Shown here piece after piece: positions 21,729-36,379 of a stretch of DNA of 64,000 bases. The notes below the pieces were generated by a model. The model saw nothing but the letters and a program-made list of their open reading frames with translations. It searched no databases and was not told where the DNA came from. Made by a program: the position numbers and the translations under genes. The stretch is taken from NCBI RefSeq assembly GCF_041956535.1, contig NW_027192218.1, forward strand, positions 139,728-203,727. Reading direction: 5' to 3'. Each line of letters opens with the position of its first letter. Within the stretch, counting starts at the first letter, position 1. The DNA comes from Calcarisporiella thermophila CBS 279.70 (taxonomy: Eukaryota > Fungi > Calcarisporiellomycota).

Positions 21729-24700
21729 CTACTTGGAAGTTAATTGTGCTATCAACCCATCCACTTCATGGGCGATGATATGATTCATACACTTGGAGCG
21801 TACCTCCCTATGAACATGTGGGTATGTGGCGTAGTTAATATCCAAACAACTATGTTTAACGAGCCATATATATGCATTTACCGCAAGGCAGTCAAATCCT
21901 TGTTCGCAAATGCCTGCTCGGCTGCCTCCTTCATCATCCCCAGCCTCATGAATAAACCTGGTCTCGCTTTGGCCTCACACCGCATTACGTACTTTGCTGC
22001 CTCGGCCGGCTGTCCGGCTCGCTTACACTCTTCCACAAAGGGCTCGTATCCAATCGGGCTCTTCTTTGCCTTGGCTAGCTTATCGACCTCTTCCCAGTCC
22101 CGGATCTCGACTAGCGCTTTAAGCTTGATCCAGTAGAAGCGCTTCTCCGGCACTTTAAAATCCGAGCGAAGCTTAGCGGCCCGATCGGATTGATTCGAAA
22201 CCACCAACTTGTGCATCGTTTCGGAAACTGAAAGTCCGATGAAGGGAAGTCGCAGGTCCTTTTCGAGAGCGGTTTGTATTTGTAGAAGTCGGATGCTCTC
22301 CTCCACCTCCTATGAAAAGAAAAAAAATGAAGAATGTCGGGATTGTTTGATTAGTTAGTAATGAGGTTTACAGATGAGAACAACATGAGGCTCACCTTTG
22401 CATCCGAGGCGTGCTCTTTGTCCTCGTGGAGCATTTTCTGTGCGAGCTTTAACTTTTTAATGCGCTCCGTGATATCCTGCCGAGGACAAGAATGGGTCAA
22501 TAATTGAGAGTCGAAATTGCCTACTAATAGATCGCCTCACCATTTGTTCATATCCCTCTGCCAATACCATGTATGCGCTGTCTAGCCGCCTATCGTCTTG
22601 GTAGTAGAAGTCACGTAGCAATTCCCTGTCTTGTTGGCGACAATACACCTCCAACAAGTTGCAGGCAAGCGGTTTGTTGTTGATGATTCTAAAGAACTCC
22701 CCGAGAGGGAGTTTGCGTTTTAAATGCAACAGAACCAGGTAGACTAGGTCAGTATCTCCACTCTCAATAGCCTTGATCAGTGCAAGCTCGTCCTCTTGCA
22801 TTGAGACCAGAAGAGGAACCTGGTCGGCAGCGCGCGGCTCGTAATCAAGCAAGCGGGTAGCAAGTTTAGGCTGGCCCACTTTGTAAGCAACCTTGGCAAT
22901 TTCAGCATAGGAGAGACCGGGCTTGTGCGCGAGTTTATCAACAATCATTCGACATATGGTTTCCTCGTCATCAGTGGACTTTTTTATCTGCAAAAATCAT
23001 AGCAAAATGGCGACATATGGTTAGAAGACAAAGAAAAAGATACCCTACGCAAATACTTGTCACCTTTGTGCAAGCCCAGTGAATTAGAACTCGATCGGTT
23101 TTCATTTTAAGGTATTCACAAATTCGTACAGCAAGTAAGTGGTGGTGTCGATTTACCAGTCGATCAATGAGAACCTCGGGTGTTAGTCGTGTATACCTTG
23201 ATTGAAATGAATTGATCGAATTAGTATTAATTCATATGGGGGAGTAAGGGTGATATATTACTGGGCATAGGTTAATGGAATGCCAACTTCATAATATCGT
23301 ACAGCGTTAAGAACACGTAATGTTTGACACATATTCACAAATCTATCCGCATTATAAAACTCCAGAAATGACTTCCCAAAAGATGCAGCCTGGTTTCATA
23401 ATTTAAATAAACTCAATGTAAGTGCTTCTTCGATATCCACAGAGATTTAAATATAAATCCATACTTTAAGTAGCGCTTTTTGGTAGTGATGGGAAAATTC
23501 GTGACCAGCGGCCTCAATGCAGGCATCTACCGCCTCCGAGAGCTCGGTACGAATTATACGGATGTTCTCATCCGCTTTTGGGCTTCGTTTCTAGGAAATT
23601 TAATGTTGTCATTATTGGATCGATCCTCCAATAAGCGCAAAACAAAACTCACCTCAAAATGATCTAACGCATCAAAAAGCATTGCCGCTGGGAATGTCGA
23701 GCCTATTTTGAAAATATCTTCCGTAACGCCTAGGAATAAAATATGAAAAATAAGATATACGTTTATATAATTTGACTCGGGGGAAAAACCACATATACTC
23801 ACTTGGTACTTTTTGGAGAAACTCGCATTTTTCACCTGTGATGATCCGCACGCCATCAATCTCTGGAAATAAAAAGGCAGGATCTTCGCACGAGAATCTA
23901 GAGATGAGTGAAAACTAAATAAATAAATTGATAGACCATAGTATTGTTGGTATTCTGCTACTTGATCCAATCCCCAAGCGGTCCAACCATTAGCATTATT
24001 TTATCCCAGTAAAGGACTACCGAATCTGTTCCACACCTATAATTAGTGACAGTTTGTAATTAAATTTGAGGGAGAAACTCCAGAGTTGGGAGTTATAATG
24101 TCTCATTACCAAACAAGCTGCTGAGGAGGGAGCTTTGATTTGGTAGAAAACTCAGATAAATTTTCTTGAAAGTCTGTAGAGACCACCCATAATTTTCCAT
24201 CAGCAGTAAATAAAGCAAGGAATTTGCCGTTTGGCGATACCGACATTTTTGTGAAAGGGCCTTGGGAGAGTAGCTATTGAATATTCAATAAATAAACTAT
24301 TAGAAAAGAAATGGGGATTGTAGCTCAAATAAAATACCTGATCCTGGCTCTCCTTCGCATCTACTACTAGAATGGTTGAACCTGTAGCGACTAGCACCTC
24401 CACATGGCGACTTAGAGTATATTGCGGAGGAATAACTGCCCAGCTATGGGGCGGCTCGTTTAAGCCCGGGTCTGCAAGCAAGCGGGGTCTAGGTTCATCA
24501 ATGTTAGTGACCGCAATGAGTTGGAAGTTGCCCGTTAATGCCACAAGCCCGGAGGGCCAAAACTGACACTCAATAACAGAATGCTCTTTTGCCTCCTAGT
24601 GAAAACACCCATATAAAGATATTGAAGCTACATTTTGAGAACATAATATAAACTAACTATTACCTTGCCAAGTGAAAACTGAACGTATTCGCCGTGGACA

Positions 24701-25234
24701 TTGTAGATACGAATATTTCCATCTTCCAAGACACAAATTAAGCGTTCAGACTCCGTCCATCCCATTCCTACAATTCGTCCTTGATCCCACTAATAATAGT
24801 TAAGTATTGGTAAGAATTATAATTAACAAACTCAAAGTAAGCCATACCTGAAGCTGTTCTAAGAGTAGGCCTGATGAGGTATATAGGTAAATAGATGGTT
24901 TGACCGGCTGCTGTTTTTGTAATAGAAGAACTTTTTTATCATCGCGTATCATCGCTATAGAAAAAAATAGGAGAGAAATAAGAATTTATACGGAACTTCC
25001 AGCGAGATAGTCTTCTGACCTATTGGCCCTCCAAAGGGAGCGCCGGCGAGAAGAAATTTTGACAAGTCTATTTGCTTCCATAGCATTGAATACACCTCCT
25101 GCTTTCTATAATTGTGGAGAAAATTCAATTATGTGATGTTACAATGGAGAGGATTTTTAAGGATACCGATAAAAACGATCCTGCAGCTGGATCCATTCCG
25201 CTGTCGGATTCAAGACGGAATAACTTGTACTCAT
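21729..25234 (-). CDS. VPS16: Vacuolar protein sorting Vps16 (HOPS/CORVET), many exons
   Basis: N-terminal [56 protein letters not shown] and [10 protein letters not shown]. Confidence 0.93.
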
Positions 25235-25411
25235 TTGTCTTGAATCGCCAAGGGAGATGTTAATGGGCTTCGAACCTATACTTGCGCGTTACGCGAATAA
25301 AAATGTGACTTCTGTGGCACAGCAGCATATATTTCCACATGCTTTTAATCATGCTTTCTCCAATTTTTTTTGTCAGTAGAGAATTCGGTATTGAAGCGTT
25401 TCTTTTATTCA

Positions 25412-26882
25412 ATGATACGGAGCATTTTAAGGCACAGACCCTACCAGAATCTTCACTGGTTTATCAAACGATCAGTTCCAGTGAATAGCTTTCTTCTGGT
25501 TAAAGTACCTATCTTTAGGAAATTTTTTTTTCGCTGAATTCAACTCTCTTACCTTGGCTCTAGAGCGTGAACAGCACATTTGTAGCACAGATAAATACTT
25601 CGGCCAGAGTAAACCAAAATGAAGCTTCCCCCGTCCTACGAAATTCAGTATCTGCTGAAAACACATTACCTAGCCTCAATTCTGACAGTAGCTCGCTTTC
25701 GATAACCTGGCCAGATTCTAATCCCAAGACATCCGAATACACTTATCTGTGGTTACGAGACAATTGCCAATGCCCCTATTGTGTGCATCCTGAAAATCAT
25801 CAAAAACTTCATTCTTCTTCTGATATCCCCCTCGATATCCGTCCAAAATCCATGCGATTAGTAAACGATTCTGAGGTAGAAATTGAATGGTCTCTGCCTC
25901 TCAGAGGGCAGAACCTGTCTCAACCACACATAAGCACATATCCACTGCAATTCCTTAAAAGATACGCTTCTCTCTCTAATCACCTATCTTTTCGCTCAAA
26001 CGATGTGAAATCTGTCCTCTGGGATGGTGATATGATGGAAAACAAAGTGCTCTGGGTTCCGTATGAAGAATTTGCTAGCAAGGACGATGCGTTACATCGT
26101 ACTCTCAAACATCTAGTTGAGTATGGCCTGGTGTTTCTAAAGGATGTGCCCACGGAAAATGAGAAGGTGGGAGAGGTTGCCGAGCGAATTGGCGAAATAC
26201 GACATACCTTTTACGGTAGACTTTGGGATGTGAAGAGCGTTCCTGGCGCAAAGAACATCGCATACACGAGTTTGAATTTGGGGTTGCATATGGATCTTAT
26301 GTAATTTGTTCTCCCAAGTGCCATTTCAGACTAATGGATTTGGACTTAACAATTTAAAATATCTATAGGTATTTCGCTGAACCTCCTGGCCTCCAAATGC
26401 TACATTGTCTTAAGAACAACACGAGTGGAGGTGCAAATTTCTTTGTGGACAGCTTCAAAGCTGCACAAATTCTTCGCAAGGAACATCCTGAGGACTATCG
26501 TCGTCTGACCGATATTCCTGTAACCTTTCATTACCTCCATGAAGACCACCACATGCATTACGAACGTCCCACTATTGTCGAACGAAGCGGTAACATCGAT
26601 CATGTGAATTACTCTCCTCCCTTCCAAGGCCCAATGTCCGATCCCAGTGTGGGCAAAGAATTTTATGCCGCCTTTCAAAGATATTCGGATATCATTTCGC
26701 GCCCTGAGCTGCAATATGAATTAACCTTGCAGCCTGGAGAATGCGTTCTGTTTGCCAACAGAAGAGTATTGCATGCTAGGAGAGCATTCGACGCTCAGGC
26801 TGGAGAAAGACATCTAAAAGGGGTATATGTCGACTGGTGTGCAGTTTTGGACCGATTCAGGGTATTGCGTGGAAAACAATAA
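25412..26882 (+). CDS. Gamma-butyrobetaine/trimethyllysine dioxygenase-like Fe(II)/2OG enzyme, probable mitochondrial presequence, 3 exons
   Basis: Zn site WLRDNCQCPYC..H, NIAYT..LGLHMDL (HxD) and FANRRVLHARRAF. Arg-rich N-terminus. Confidence 0.9.
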
Positions 26883-27136
26883 TATAAGCTATATATATTT
26901 GCTATAATAGATTTTTTTTCTTACTTGGGTGTTCCCGGCCTTGTACTTCGAGTTTATTTATGAAGTTCTTATGTACTAGACAAAATTCATATATTTATAT
27001 TTTTTTTTATTAACTAATTCACAAATCCCCCGATTTAGCCAGTCAAAAACATTCAATATTGGAGATACCAAACACAGTTTTCAATATATTTGTAATGATA
27101 CACTTCAACTAATTCGCGTTGAATCCTAAGACAAGA

Positions 27137-28746
27137 ATGCTAAGGACTCCTGCTTTCACTTTCCACCGTCGCCACCTGCCGTCCCATGTAATTTCGAAGC
27201 ACAGACTTCTTTGGTCAGTCACCGTTGGGAGAGGCTCTTCTCTCGATGATACCCTTGCTTCCACTTTAAAACACCAACCACCTCACATTGTATCCAGTCC
27301 AACCCTATGTCTTGCCTTTATTTCTTCTCGTTTCTCCCCCTCAGAACTTCAGGATCTTCCTGCTTCGTTTTCAAGGCATCTCCCTCCCGCTAAACTAACA
27401 TTAGGATGTATAGTTGATGGAATAAGAGGCGGCGATGTGGCCATTGTTCTTGGAAAATTGAAGAACCACGACGTGACAGGATTTCAGATCTCGGGCGAAG
27501 ATAGGGCCATGCGAGAGGTTAGTGTAGGACGATGGTTTAGTAAAGGAGACGAACTAAGCTTGAGGCGGAACGAATTGGATTCTGTTGGCTGGGAGGGATT
27601 TAAAAGTGCATCAAGAAGAGCAAACGAATATATTCTTCCGCCAGGGTTGGAGGCATTAAAAAAATCAGGTGCGAAACTGATCACTATTGTATTGACCATT
27701 AATCATTTAGCCCAATATACTGAACCAATTCTTATTAGGGCGAGAACCTTCACACATATTCATGCTCTCGGCCGCTGAGCCATATCATTTCCTTGATACA
27801 TTAGACCACCGATTTTCCCAGTCGATCAAGGTAAATATACAACCACGTACACAGCAATCTGGTCGAGATTTTATTTAAGTTTTGTCTCTTAACAGTTTGG
27901 CGTTATATCCGCTCGAACACCCTTTCTTACCGGCCTTCCTCATACTCTTATATACAACTCCTCGCTTCACTCCACCGGAACTATTGGCTTCGCCCTCACT
28001 CCTACATCCTCTTCTCCTTCTCAGTCTCCGACAGTAATTCAAGTTCAACATCCCTGTCTTGTTTCAATGGGTGATCCAATGCAAATAACCCATTGTCGAG
28101 GTAATATTGTTTTGGAAGTTGATCATGGCCGAATGCCCTCGCGCCTTCTACTAGACTTACTCAGGAGCTTCGATAAACCAATCGATAAGAACGAGAATTA
28201 TTATTTGGGCATTGTCTCCCACAATGGTCAATGCAGAGAAGTGTATAAGGTGACAAGTGGAGATCCAGCAAAAGGCAATTTAGCGGTGGATGCAGTGAGG
28301 GATTTAAAGGAGGGGGAATATGTTCAGGTTAGCATCTACGCTGCTATTCATACGTTTATTTCCCACGCAAAGCAATTATTTAATGATATTTTCTTATTAG
28401 TTTTTCCGTTTCGATTGTAGCAACACAGAGCAAGATGTCACGTCCTTTGGTAAAAATAAGATTTTATTAATTCCTTCTGCATTTTCTTCATTCTCTCCAT
28501 TTTGTCCCATCAGCTGAGAATGTGAACGATAGTATGAATACACTCTCCATCACAATTCATAACCAATGCGAAGAAGAGACTGTTAATATGGAAAAAAGTA
28601 ATGTGGAACTTAATCCAGGCACTCGTACAGCAATGAGTATCGAGAGTGCGCAAGGATTTATTCTTGGCCAGCAACTTGGGAAATTGGAGGAATCATGGGT
28701 GTGCAAAGTACCGGAGAGCGCTGGAACAGTACACATATCAGATTAA
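27137..28746 (+). CDS. Uncharacterised FIST-like domain protein, possible mitochondrial presequence
   Basis: Exons splice in frame (LGCIVD; SVGRW; ARTPFLTGLPHTL; MGDPMQITHCRGNIVLEVD). The pattern resembles FIST N/C domains; family call made from memory. Confidence 0.55.
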
Positions 28747-29087
28747 ATTAACTTATTATTTTTCTGAGACCATCAACTAACTCCTTATTGGTGACTCTTC
28801 TGAGCTATTCTAAAGCGAACTATAAACTTTCTATTGATGTAAAAGCTCTCCCATGAGCTCATGGGCCTATTACTCATTTTAGCCGGAAATAACAGGGAAT
28901 CATCGACACGGTAAAATTAATCTCCTTCATTCCAAATCTATTTTAACCGTTCCATCTGCAACTTGTCTGCAACTCTCGGACTCTTATTATCCACTGATTT
29001 TTGATCGGACTGTGTGACTTTATATAAACGCGAGGTTATCCTCCACATTCATAAAGCGCTTACAACATAAGAAATAACCTCAATCAA

Positions 29088-31322
29088 ATGACTACACAGG
29101 TCCTTATTATTGGCAGTGGTACGTATCCTCCCCCTCTTCCTCCCTCTCTCCCTCCCTCTCTCCCTTTTCGTCGATTAGCTTGAGCACTCACTGTGGATGA
29201 CCCTTCTCATTAGGTCCAGTTGGACTCTATCTTGCCTACGAACTTGCACGATACAATGTGTCCTTCAGGATCATCGAAAAACTTGAAACACGCTCGCCTT
29301 TGTCCAGAGCGTTTGGCATTGTACCACGTACTTTGGAAGCCTTTGACCACAGGTAACGCGTTATTCTAGACACTCACATGTGTTTGCTTGTGAAAATGAA
29401 TTCAAAATTTTTTTAAAGTGGTATCGTCGAGCCTATTATTAAGCAAGGCACCTATCTCAAAGCCTTCACATTCAATGCTGGTACAAAAACGCTATTCAGA
29501 TTCGATACATTTGGCGGACTTCCGCACTCTACATTTCCGGCAGCCCTCACCTTGAGTCAAGCCCGAACTGAAGCTATCATAGCTGATGAACTGAAGAAAA
29601 ACTTTGGAAAGGATATCGAATACGGAAAGGAGCTGATAGGATACGAGTCGTTGGAGGACAAGATAGTTGCCACTGTAAGAGTAAAACGTGGAGAAGAGGT
29701 AGTGGAAGAAGTGATAGAGGCAGAGTACATGGTGGGGTGCGACGGGGCGCATTCGACCGTTCGTAAACTAGACAAGGATTGGAAGTTCTCAGGTATCTAC
29801 TCCATCACTTATTAATCATATATAAATACAAAATAACCTAACCATTGAATTACGGTATCAGGTGTTTCGATTGAGGGCATTTTTCTCCTTGCGGATTTGG
29901 TATTTGAGGAGTCCTGTCCATTCCCCGACAACGAGGTCACCGTATTCACCACAATTCAAGGTGAAAATTCTCGTCATGCTCTTGCACAGTAGAATTAGTA
30001 TATTAACTTTCGATTATATTATTTACAGACGGTGTACGGGCCTTCTTTCCACTTTTGGATAGGCCGCGTCATTTCCGACTTGTATCCACTATGAGCCAGT
30101 CTGTATCCTTTACCAAAAGCGATGTCGTGACACATGGCCTAAATGAGGATAACCGTCGCAATAATAAGCAGCCACTACCCACCTTCACGGTCGAAAATAT
30201 ACAAGCTGATCTTGACAAATATCTCCCGGACCTCAAATTGAGAATTGCAGAGGCAACCTGGAATACAACGTTTAAAGTGAATGAGCGGAAAGTAGACAAA
30301 TATAAGCGAGGGCGTGTGTTCCTTTGTGGAGGTACTATATAATGATATTCATATGGGTGATGAGAGTCTAATCAAAATATGAATCATGCGTAATTATAGA
30401 TGCCGCACACTGTCATTCGCCTGCGGTAAATGAATACGTGGTTTAGCTTTGCCGTCCGATGCTTTAACTAATATCCAATGTATAGGGCGGTCAAGGACTC
30501 AACATGGGTGTTCAGGATGCACACAATCTTGCATTTAAACTTTCACTTGTTCTGAACGGCCAGGCGTCCTCGCCAAGCCGCGTCCTTGATAGCTACGAGG
30601 TGGAACGTAGCCCAGTTGCTGAGAAAACAATCCGCATAACGGGAGCAATGACTCGTTTCGTGATTGGCGTTGGAAACTCGCCCATTGCCACAGCATTTAG
30701 ATTACTTATGCCCTTATTGCCGGTCTCATATATGCGCGACACGATGCGAAATACAATCTTTCAACTTACAGCTAGATATGCTGAGTCACCGCTACTACAA
30801 AAGCGCGCTCTCTCCTCCACTCTCTCGTGGATCTTTGGTCGAAACGGAGATGCAAATCTCATTACTCCTGGTACGCATTTGCCAGATGCATTCCTGAAAC
30901 TTCCTGTACCTGCTGTGGGCAAAGACACTTGCACACTTTATGATGCGCTACGCGGCTCAACCCAGCACACTGCCATTCTCTTTGTCTCCAATAATGGTAT
31001 CACACCCCAGCATAATCCAAAGGGGATCAGTTCCCTTCGCCTGATCACGTCCAGATTCAATTCTTCCATTCAACCTCTGATCATCGCGTTTGGAAACTCT
31101 TTCCATTGTTCCCATGTCGAGAACCCGGCTTTGGAAGGCATCCCGGTGCTAGCAGAAACCCGACGAGAACTACATGAGAAAATAGGAGTGTCCTCTGGCC
31201 AACAGGCGATTGTCGTTGTGCGACCCGATCTGTATATTGCCGCAGTAGGGTATGTACCGTTCGGAGTAGACGAGGTGATTGCACACATGGGCATGTATTT
31301 GAAGGTTGAAGAGAGTCAGTAG
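29088..31322 (+). CDS. FAD-dependent monooxygenase (FAD_binding_3, aromatic hydroxylase class A), copy 1
   Basis: VLIIGSGPVGL (GxGxxG), [44 protein letters not shown] and C-terminal VVVRPDLYI. Confidence 0.93.
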
Positions 31323-31499
31323 GAATAGTCGTGGGAAGCAATTCAGGCTTCCACTTTCGATACCAATTTCAAACCATATTATATTACTCAATTGTATAAA
31401 ACTTATTTGAATATTTGAATACAACTAAATACTTCATAAAATAATATAATATATATAAGATATTTTGTAATATATATACAACTATGAAAATATAAGCTC

Positions 31500-33698
31500 T
31501 CAATTTGACTTTAAATAAGTTCCCATATGCGCAATCACATCGTCGACCTCCATCGGAACATAGCCGGCACTAGCGACATATAAGTCTGGGCGCACAACAA
31601 CTAGCGCCTGCTGCCCATCGGCTACTCCAAAATCTTTGTGAAGTTGTTCAGAGATCTCCATCAGAACACGTACATTTTTAAGGGATGGATTTTCCAAGCG
31701 CGTATAATGCACAAAACTGGAAAACGCTACAATCATAGGCTGCACGACATCCAATCCAAATATCTCCGTGATGGCACGTAAAGCTTGAACTCCCTTGGGA
31801 TTCTTTGCCGGAGTGATCCCGCATGACGACGAAAACAATATGACCGTGTGGCGAGTGCTTCCACGAAGAACATCATAGAGTGTGCATGTATCTTGGCCGG
31901 GGCTGGGTATGGGTTCCTTTAAAAAGCCGTCGGGAATGTGCTTTCCTGGTGCAATCAATCCTGTTAACCCTGAAAGCCAGCTCACCCATCCCGCCTTACG
32001 TTTTTGCACCAAGAACGAGTCGCAATAGTGGTGGTTTAATTGTAGAATGGTTCGTCTCCAGAGGGGACGTGCGACCCTCATCGCTCTCGGAAATACAAAG
32101 CTCATCAGAAATGGAATATTGAAGGCAGCTCCAAGCAAAAGGCGAGTCGCAAATCCTGTAAAGGCGATAATGTTATCTGCAATTGGACCCCGTTCTGCCT
32201 GGTAGCTATTTAGAACTCGATCTGTATCGCTTGTCTGGTTACTCAATACGAGAAAGAGTTTAAGTGCAAGGTTTTGGGCATCTTGGATTCCTATATTTAG
32301 GCCTTGACCACCCTGAGTGAGAAGAACTCTGTGAGATAATGATATACACCAATATCTAATTACAGCATCTTACCACTGGGGAATGGCAGTGAGCAGCATC
32401 TGCAAAAAAAAATAAAATTTATTTAGTTATATTGACTCAACTTCTATTGGTGAGAACGTTCTTGCCTCCACACAAAAACACACGCCCACGCCTATATTCC
32501 TCTGCCTTGCGCTCGTTTACGCGGAAGGTAGAAACCCATGTAGCATCTTCGATTTTGAGCTTTAGATCCGGCAAGGACTTATCCAGATACTCTTGTGCGT
32601 CCTGCACCGTATATACAGTGGATTTTTTCCCTCTATCTTCCTGTAATCCATGGGTGATCTAGGACAAATTGTATTGGTATGAATTGGTTATGCTAGTCGA
32701 GAGTATATTAAAAGTGGTAAATACCTCATTAGAATTATAAGCCTCGGCTCTTTGACCCATCGTAGAGATTATTCGGAACCTCCGAGGACCATCCCTCAGG
32801 GGAAAGAAGCCAGTGACCCCTTTAAATGCACAATTGAGTTTATCATACCTCTACTTTGCTATTAAAAAAGGGGATAGGATACCTCTTTTGCCCAAAAATG
32901 CAGCCACCTCATCCTCGTCGATATGACGATTCTCCCCAAGTGTGATATCGGCTAAAAAAAATTCACCACTGAGTGCGACACCTATCTCATAAGCGGTCAG
33001 AGTTTTCTTCAGAGCCACATGAGAAATAATAGAAACATACCAGGATACTTCCAATCTTTTCCTAGTTTTCTCACAGCAGAATGGGCCCCATCACACCCCA
33101 CTAGATATCGAGCATTCACAACCTCCTCGCCCTGTTTTCCTTTAAACGTCGCGGTAACCGTGCCCTCATTTTGCTCGTATCCCACCAGCTCCATACCTCT
33201 TTCCACTTCTTTGCCGAGCTTCTTCAGCTCTTCATTTAAAATTTTTTCAGTAATTGTTTGATTGAGAATCAACATAGAGGAGAAGGTTGAGCGCGGTTCT
33301 CCGCCGAAAATATTGAGATTTAGTACCACCCGATTATTAGAACGAAACCTAAGATGCTCAAGGAAATGTCCATGCTTAAGAAATGGCTCCACTATATCGC
33401 TAATAATTTGGAAATTGTTAAATCTGAGTATACATTTTAGAAAGAAAGCATATACCTATGATCGAATGCTTCCAAGCAGCGGGGTAAAATTCCAAAAGCT
33501 CTTGAATGTTCAGCAGGCGCCTCCAGCTTATCGAATATTCGAAAAGGAATCCCGTAACGAGTGAGCTCAATGGCCATAAACAGACCCACAGGCCCTATAA
33601 TAATTGTACATTTTAGAGGAGCTGTCTCATTAGATGGAGAAGTATTACATACCACTGCCTACAACAATGACATCAAGCAGTTCGCTAGTGTTGGCCAT
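31500..33698 (-). CDS. FAD-dependent monooxygenase, copy 2 (paralog of 29088-31322)
   Basis: [55 protein letters not shown] and VVVRPDLYV. Confidence 0.93.
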
Positions 33699-34798
33699 TC
33701 TCAATTAATGTGTTAATGGCGATTTTAGTAACAGTTATCAGATAATTCAAGAGGTGAATTCGCACAGCCCTAGTTTTATTTAATATTCAAACAGAAACTC
33801 TCGTTCGGTAACCAGGCTATGTAATTTTTCCGGTGAGCTACAATGAGTATATTAATCGGCTGCCATTTAAGTGAGACCCAAATAAAAAGGCATATTAAAA
33901 ATCACGGAGAAAATTGGAGGCCGAAATCCGCACAGCCGAGTCTTAAATGCTAAGGGAGCCTCGTTACCACATCATGGGATCAAGAGGTATTTGGTTTGAA
34001 AATAACGCCAAATCTTCGAATTTTACAAGTCATCACATCCACTTTTTACTTTCAAACAAACCGCTTGCCTTCCAAGCCCCATTGAGTCATGGCCTTCCGA
34101 ACATAGGAGAGTAATGTTTAACTATTTATGACTCTTGAGCAGAATCCATTCCAACTACAACCCTCAACATAGAGATGCAATCAAAGCTTTCCTGTGCTTT
34201 CCTATCGGTTAATTTGAATTTATCCGTTACTCACGACTGCATGAACCTTTTGTACCCAATCCATTTGATATGCATCTGAAATCAGAATCAAGGTATTCCC
34301 CGCACGAATGACTGCTCCATGTAATTAGGGAAACTGCTATAGCTTGGATAAATTTTGAAAGCGCAATTACATGTGTATAAGCGAAACGCTTGGAATTGAT
34401 AAAGGAGATTAGTGAAGGCTTGTATTAGAACAAATACACCAGAGGTTAATAATAGCGTACTATCAAAAGGTGTGTAGAAAACAGGTTTTGAATACAACCT
34501 AATTACAAAATTGTCTTCCATAGCAGTAGCAGTATAAAGTTTTTGTGTAAAGCAATCAGACAATCATGTCAATACGAATGTCATTTATATGCTATTGTCG
34601 TGCCCCTATAGAAGTGCCACAATCTCATCCTACCGATACCTTAGGTCAACCTTGTTGCTTTGAAATATTTGATATATATTTCTTAAAATCATCAACTACC
34701 TAAAAGGTAGAGTGCTGTACAGCATTAGGAAAATTTGGAGAAAAAAATTACAAGCGGAAATAATGAAGGGTTGGTATTATAAATAAATGTGCTTGGCT

Positions 34799-36044
34799 TT
34801 AATAGACAAAACTGAACACCGTATAAGTCGCAATAATTACTCCAAACACTTTGAGCATAAGCCACCTGTTAGAGGAAATATTCCTGTAGTACTTTAATAG
34901 TTCTCGTTGTGCTCCTTGAACATTCGATTCTATATCGTCAACATCTGCATCAATACTAATGTGTAATTTATGCGTTGATTAGACCAGTGGTTTTCGTTAT
35001 ATAGATAACATGACCTCACCGCTGTATGGTTTCTCTTTGTTCCGCCACCATATGCGCAAGCTGCCCAAAAATATTGCCCAACTCAGCAATGGTAGATTCG
35101 ATGGACTGGATTGCCGTGGCCCGACTCTCGTTGTATCTCGACTATTCCAGAGGTGAGCCAATAAATAGGCATCCGAGAATTGTGATTCTTACCTGCTCTT
35201 CGACCAGCATCTGCTGCTGCATTGGTGGCCCCATTTCTAGAGAGAGATATTCACTTTTTGCTTCGTTAGAGCGCTCTGTAATATACAAAGGAGAATCTGT
35301 AGATAGCAAAGCATAAGAGATCGGCATTGATTATGCTAATTTGTCCAGGAGTACCTGAACGCATTTGCATCGAGCCGTCGCTATGTGAGAAGTTGCTTAA
35401 TCGCTCCTTGGACTCTTTAATGTTCTGCGTTCGCATCTCAAGTACATCTTTAAATCTAACCGATGCATCCGCTAATCGTGCTCTTAATCGATTTATGACG
35501 TGTTCAGAATGCTCGATCACTTGTTTATTAGGTGCACGATTGCGATTTTCGCGGAGATGACGCTGTAATATTTCAATTTGGTTATTTAGGCGAGCAATAT
35601 CCTGCTTAATGCTTTGAGTAAGATCCTGTTCACAGAGAAGAAAATATGCGTCAAGAAATAGGTATGATCCATGCTAGGGGGTATTGTGTATAAACTTGCA
35701 TTAATCTCTGTAGGCTTGTCATCGAACAGTGTTCTTCTGTTGGCAACTATACAAAAAAAATAAAATAAAATAAAAAATCAAAAGCAAAATTAACACAAGT
35801 AGCAACATCTTGATGTACGTTTGCCAAGCTGCTGCAGTTTATCCTCCATCAATCGTAAATCTCTAGTAATTACAGATGCCATGCGAGAAAATTCCGATTT
35901 TGGCGATGTAAGACGCGACTGTTGTGTCGATGCATAGTATTTTCGATTTTCGAGACCAGATTTCGAGGAAGACGAATTGGTAGCTCGAGAGAGATAAGAG
36001 CCCACAATTTTGTGAAACTCATTCGTGCGATCTTTGATGCTCAT
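34799..36044 (-). CDS. SED5: cis-Golgi t-SNARE syntaxin Sed5/Stx5
   Basis: N-terminal KDRTNEF Sly1-binding motif, SNARE motif IESTIAELGNIFGQLAHMVAEQ, C-terminal TM. Confidence 0.93.
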
Positions 36045-36379
36045 TTCGAATTATATATATGGACGAAATCCTTACAATCAGGTCAAATGAAAGGGCAATC
36101 TGTGGCACAGGTCATATTGAAATTATGTCGATGTAAAATTTACTCCAAATTTCTGTATATGAAAATAGTTTATTACAGCTGAATAAAGTAAAATAAATTT
36201 GCAAAATAGAAATACCATATAAATAACAAATAGGTTGGAAGGAGAAATAAAATGACAGCAGGTTTGACCGTGGTATGTTCCAGTACATAGAAATGCAATA
36301 AGTCGAGTGATCTAACAACAGATAGAAAACTTCAATAACGAAGTTTCACAACCGAGAGAATGAAGGCCCCAATTGTCGC

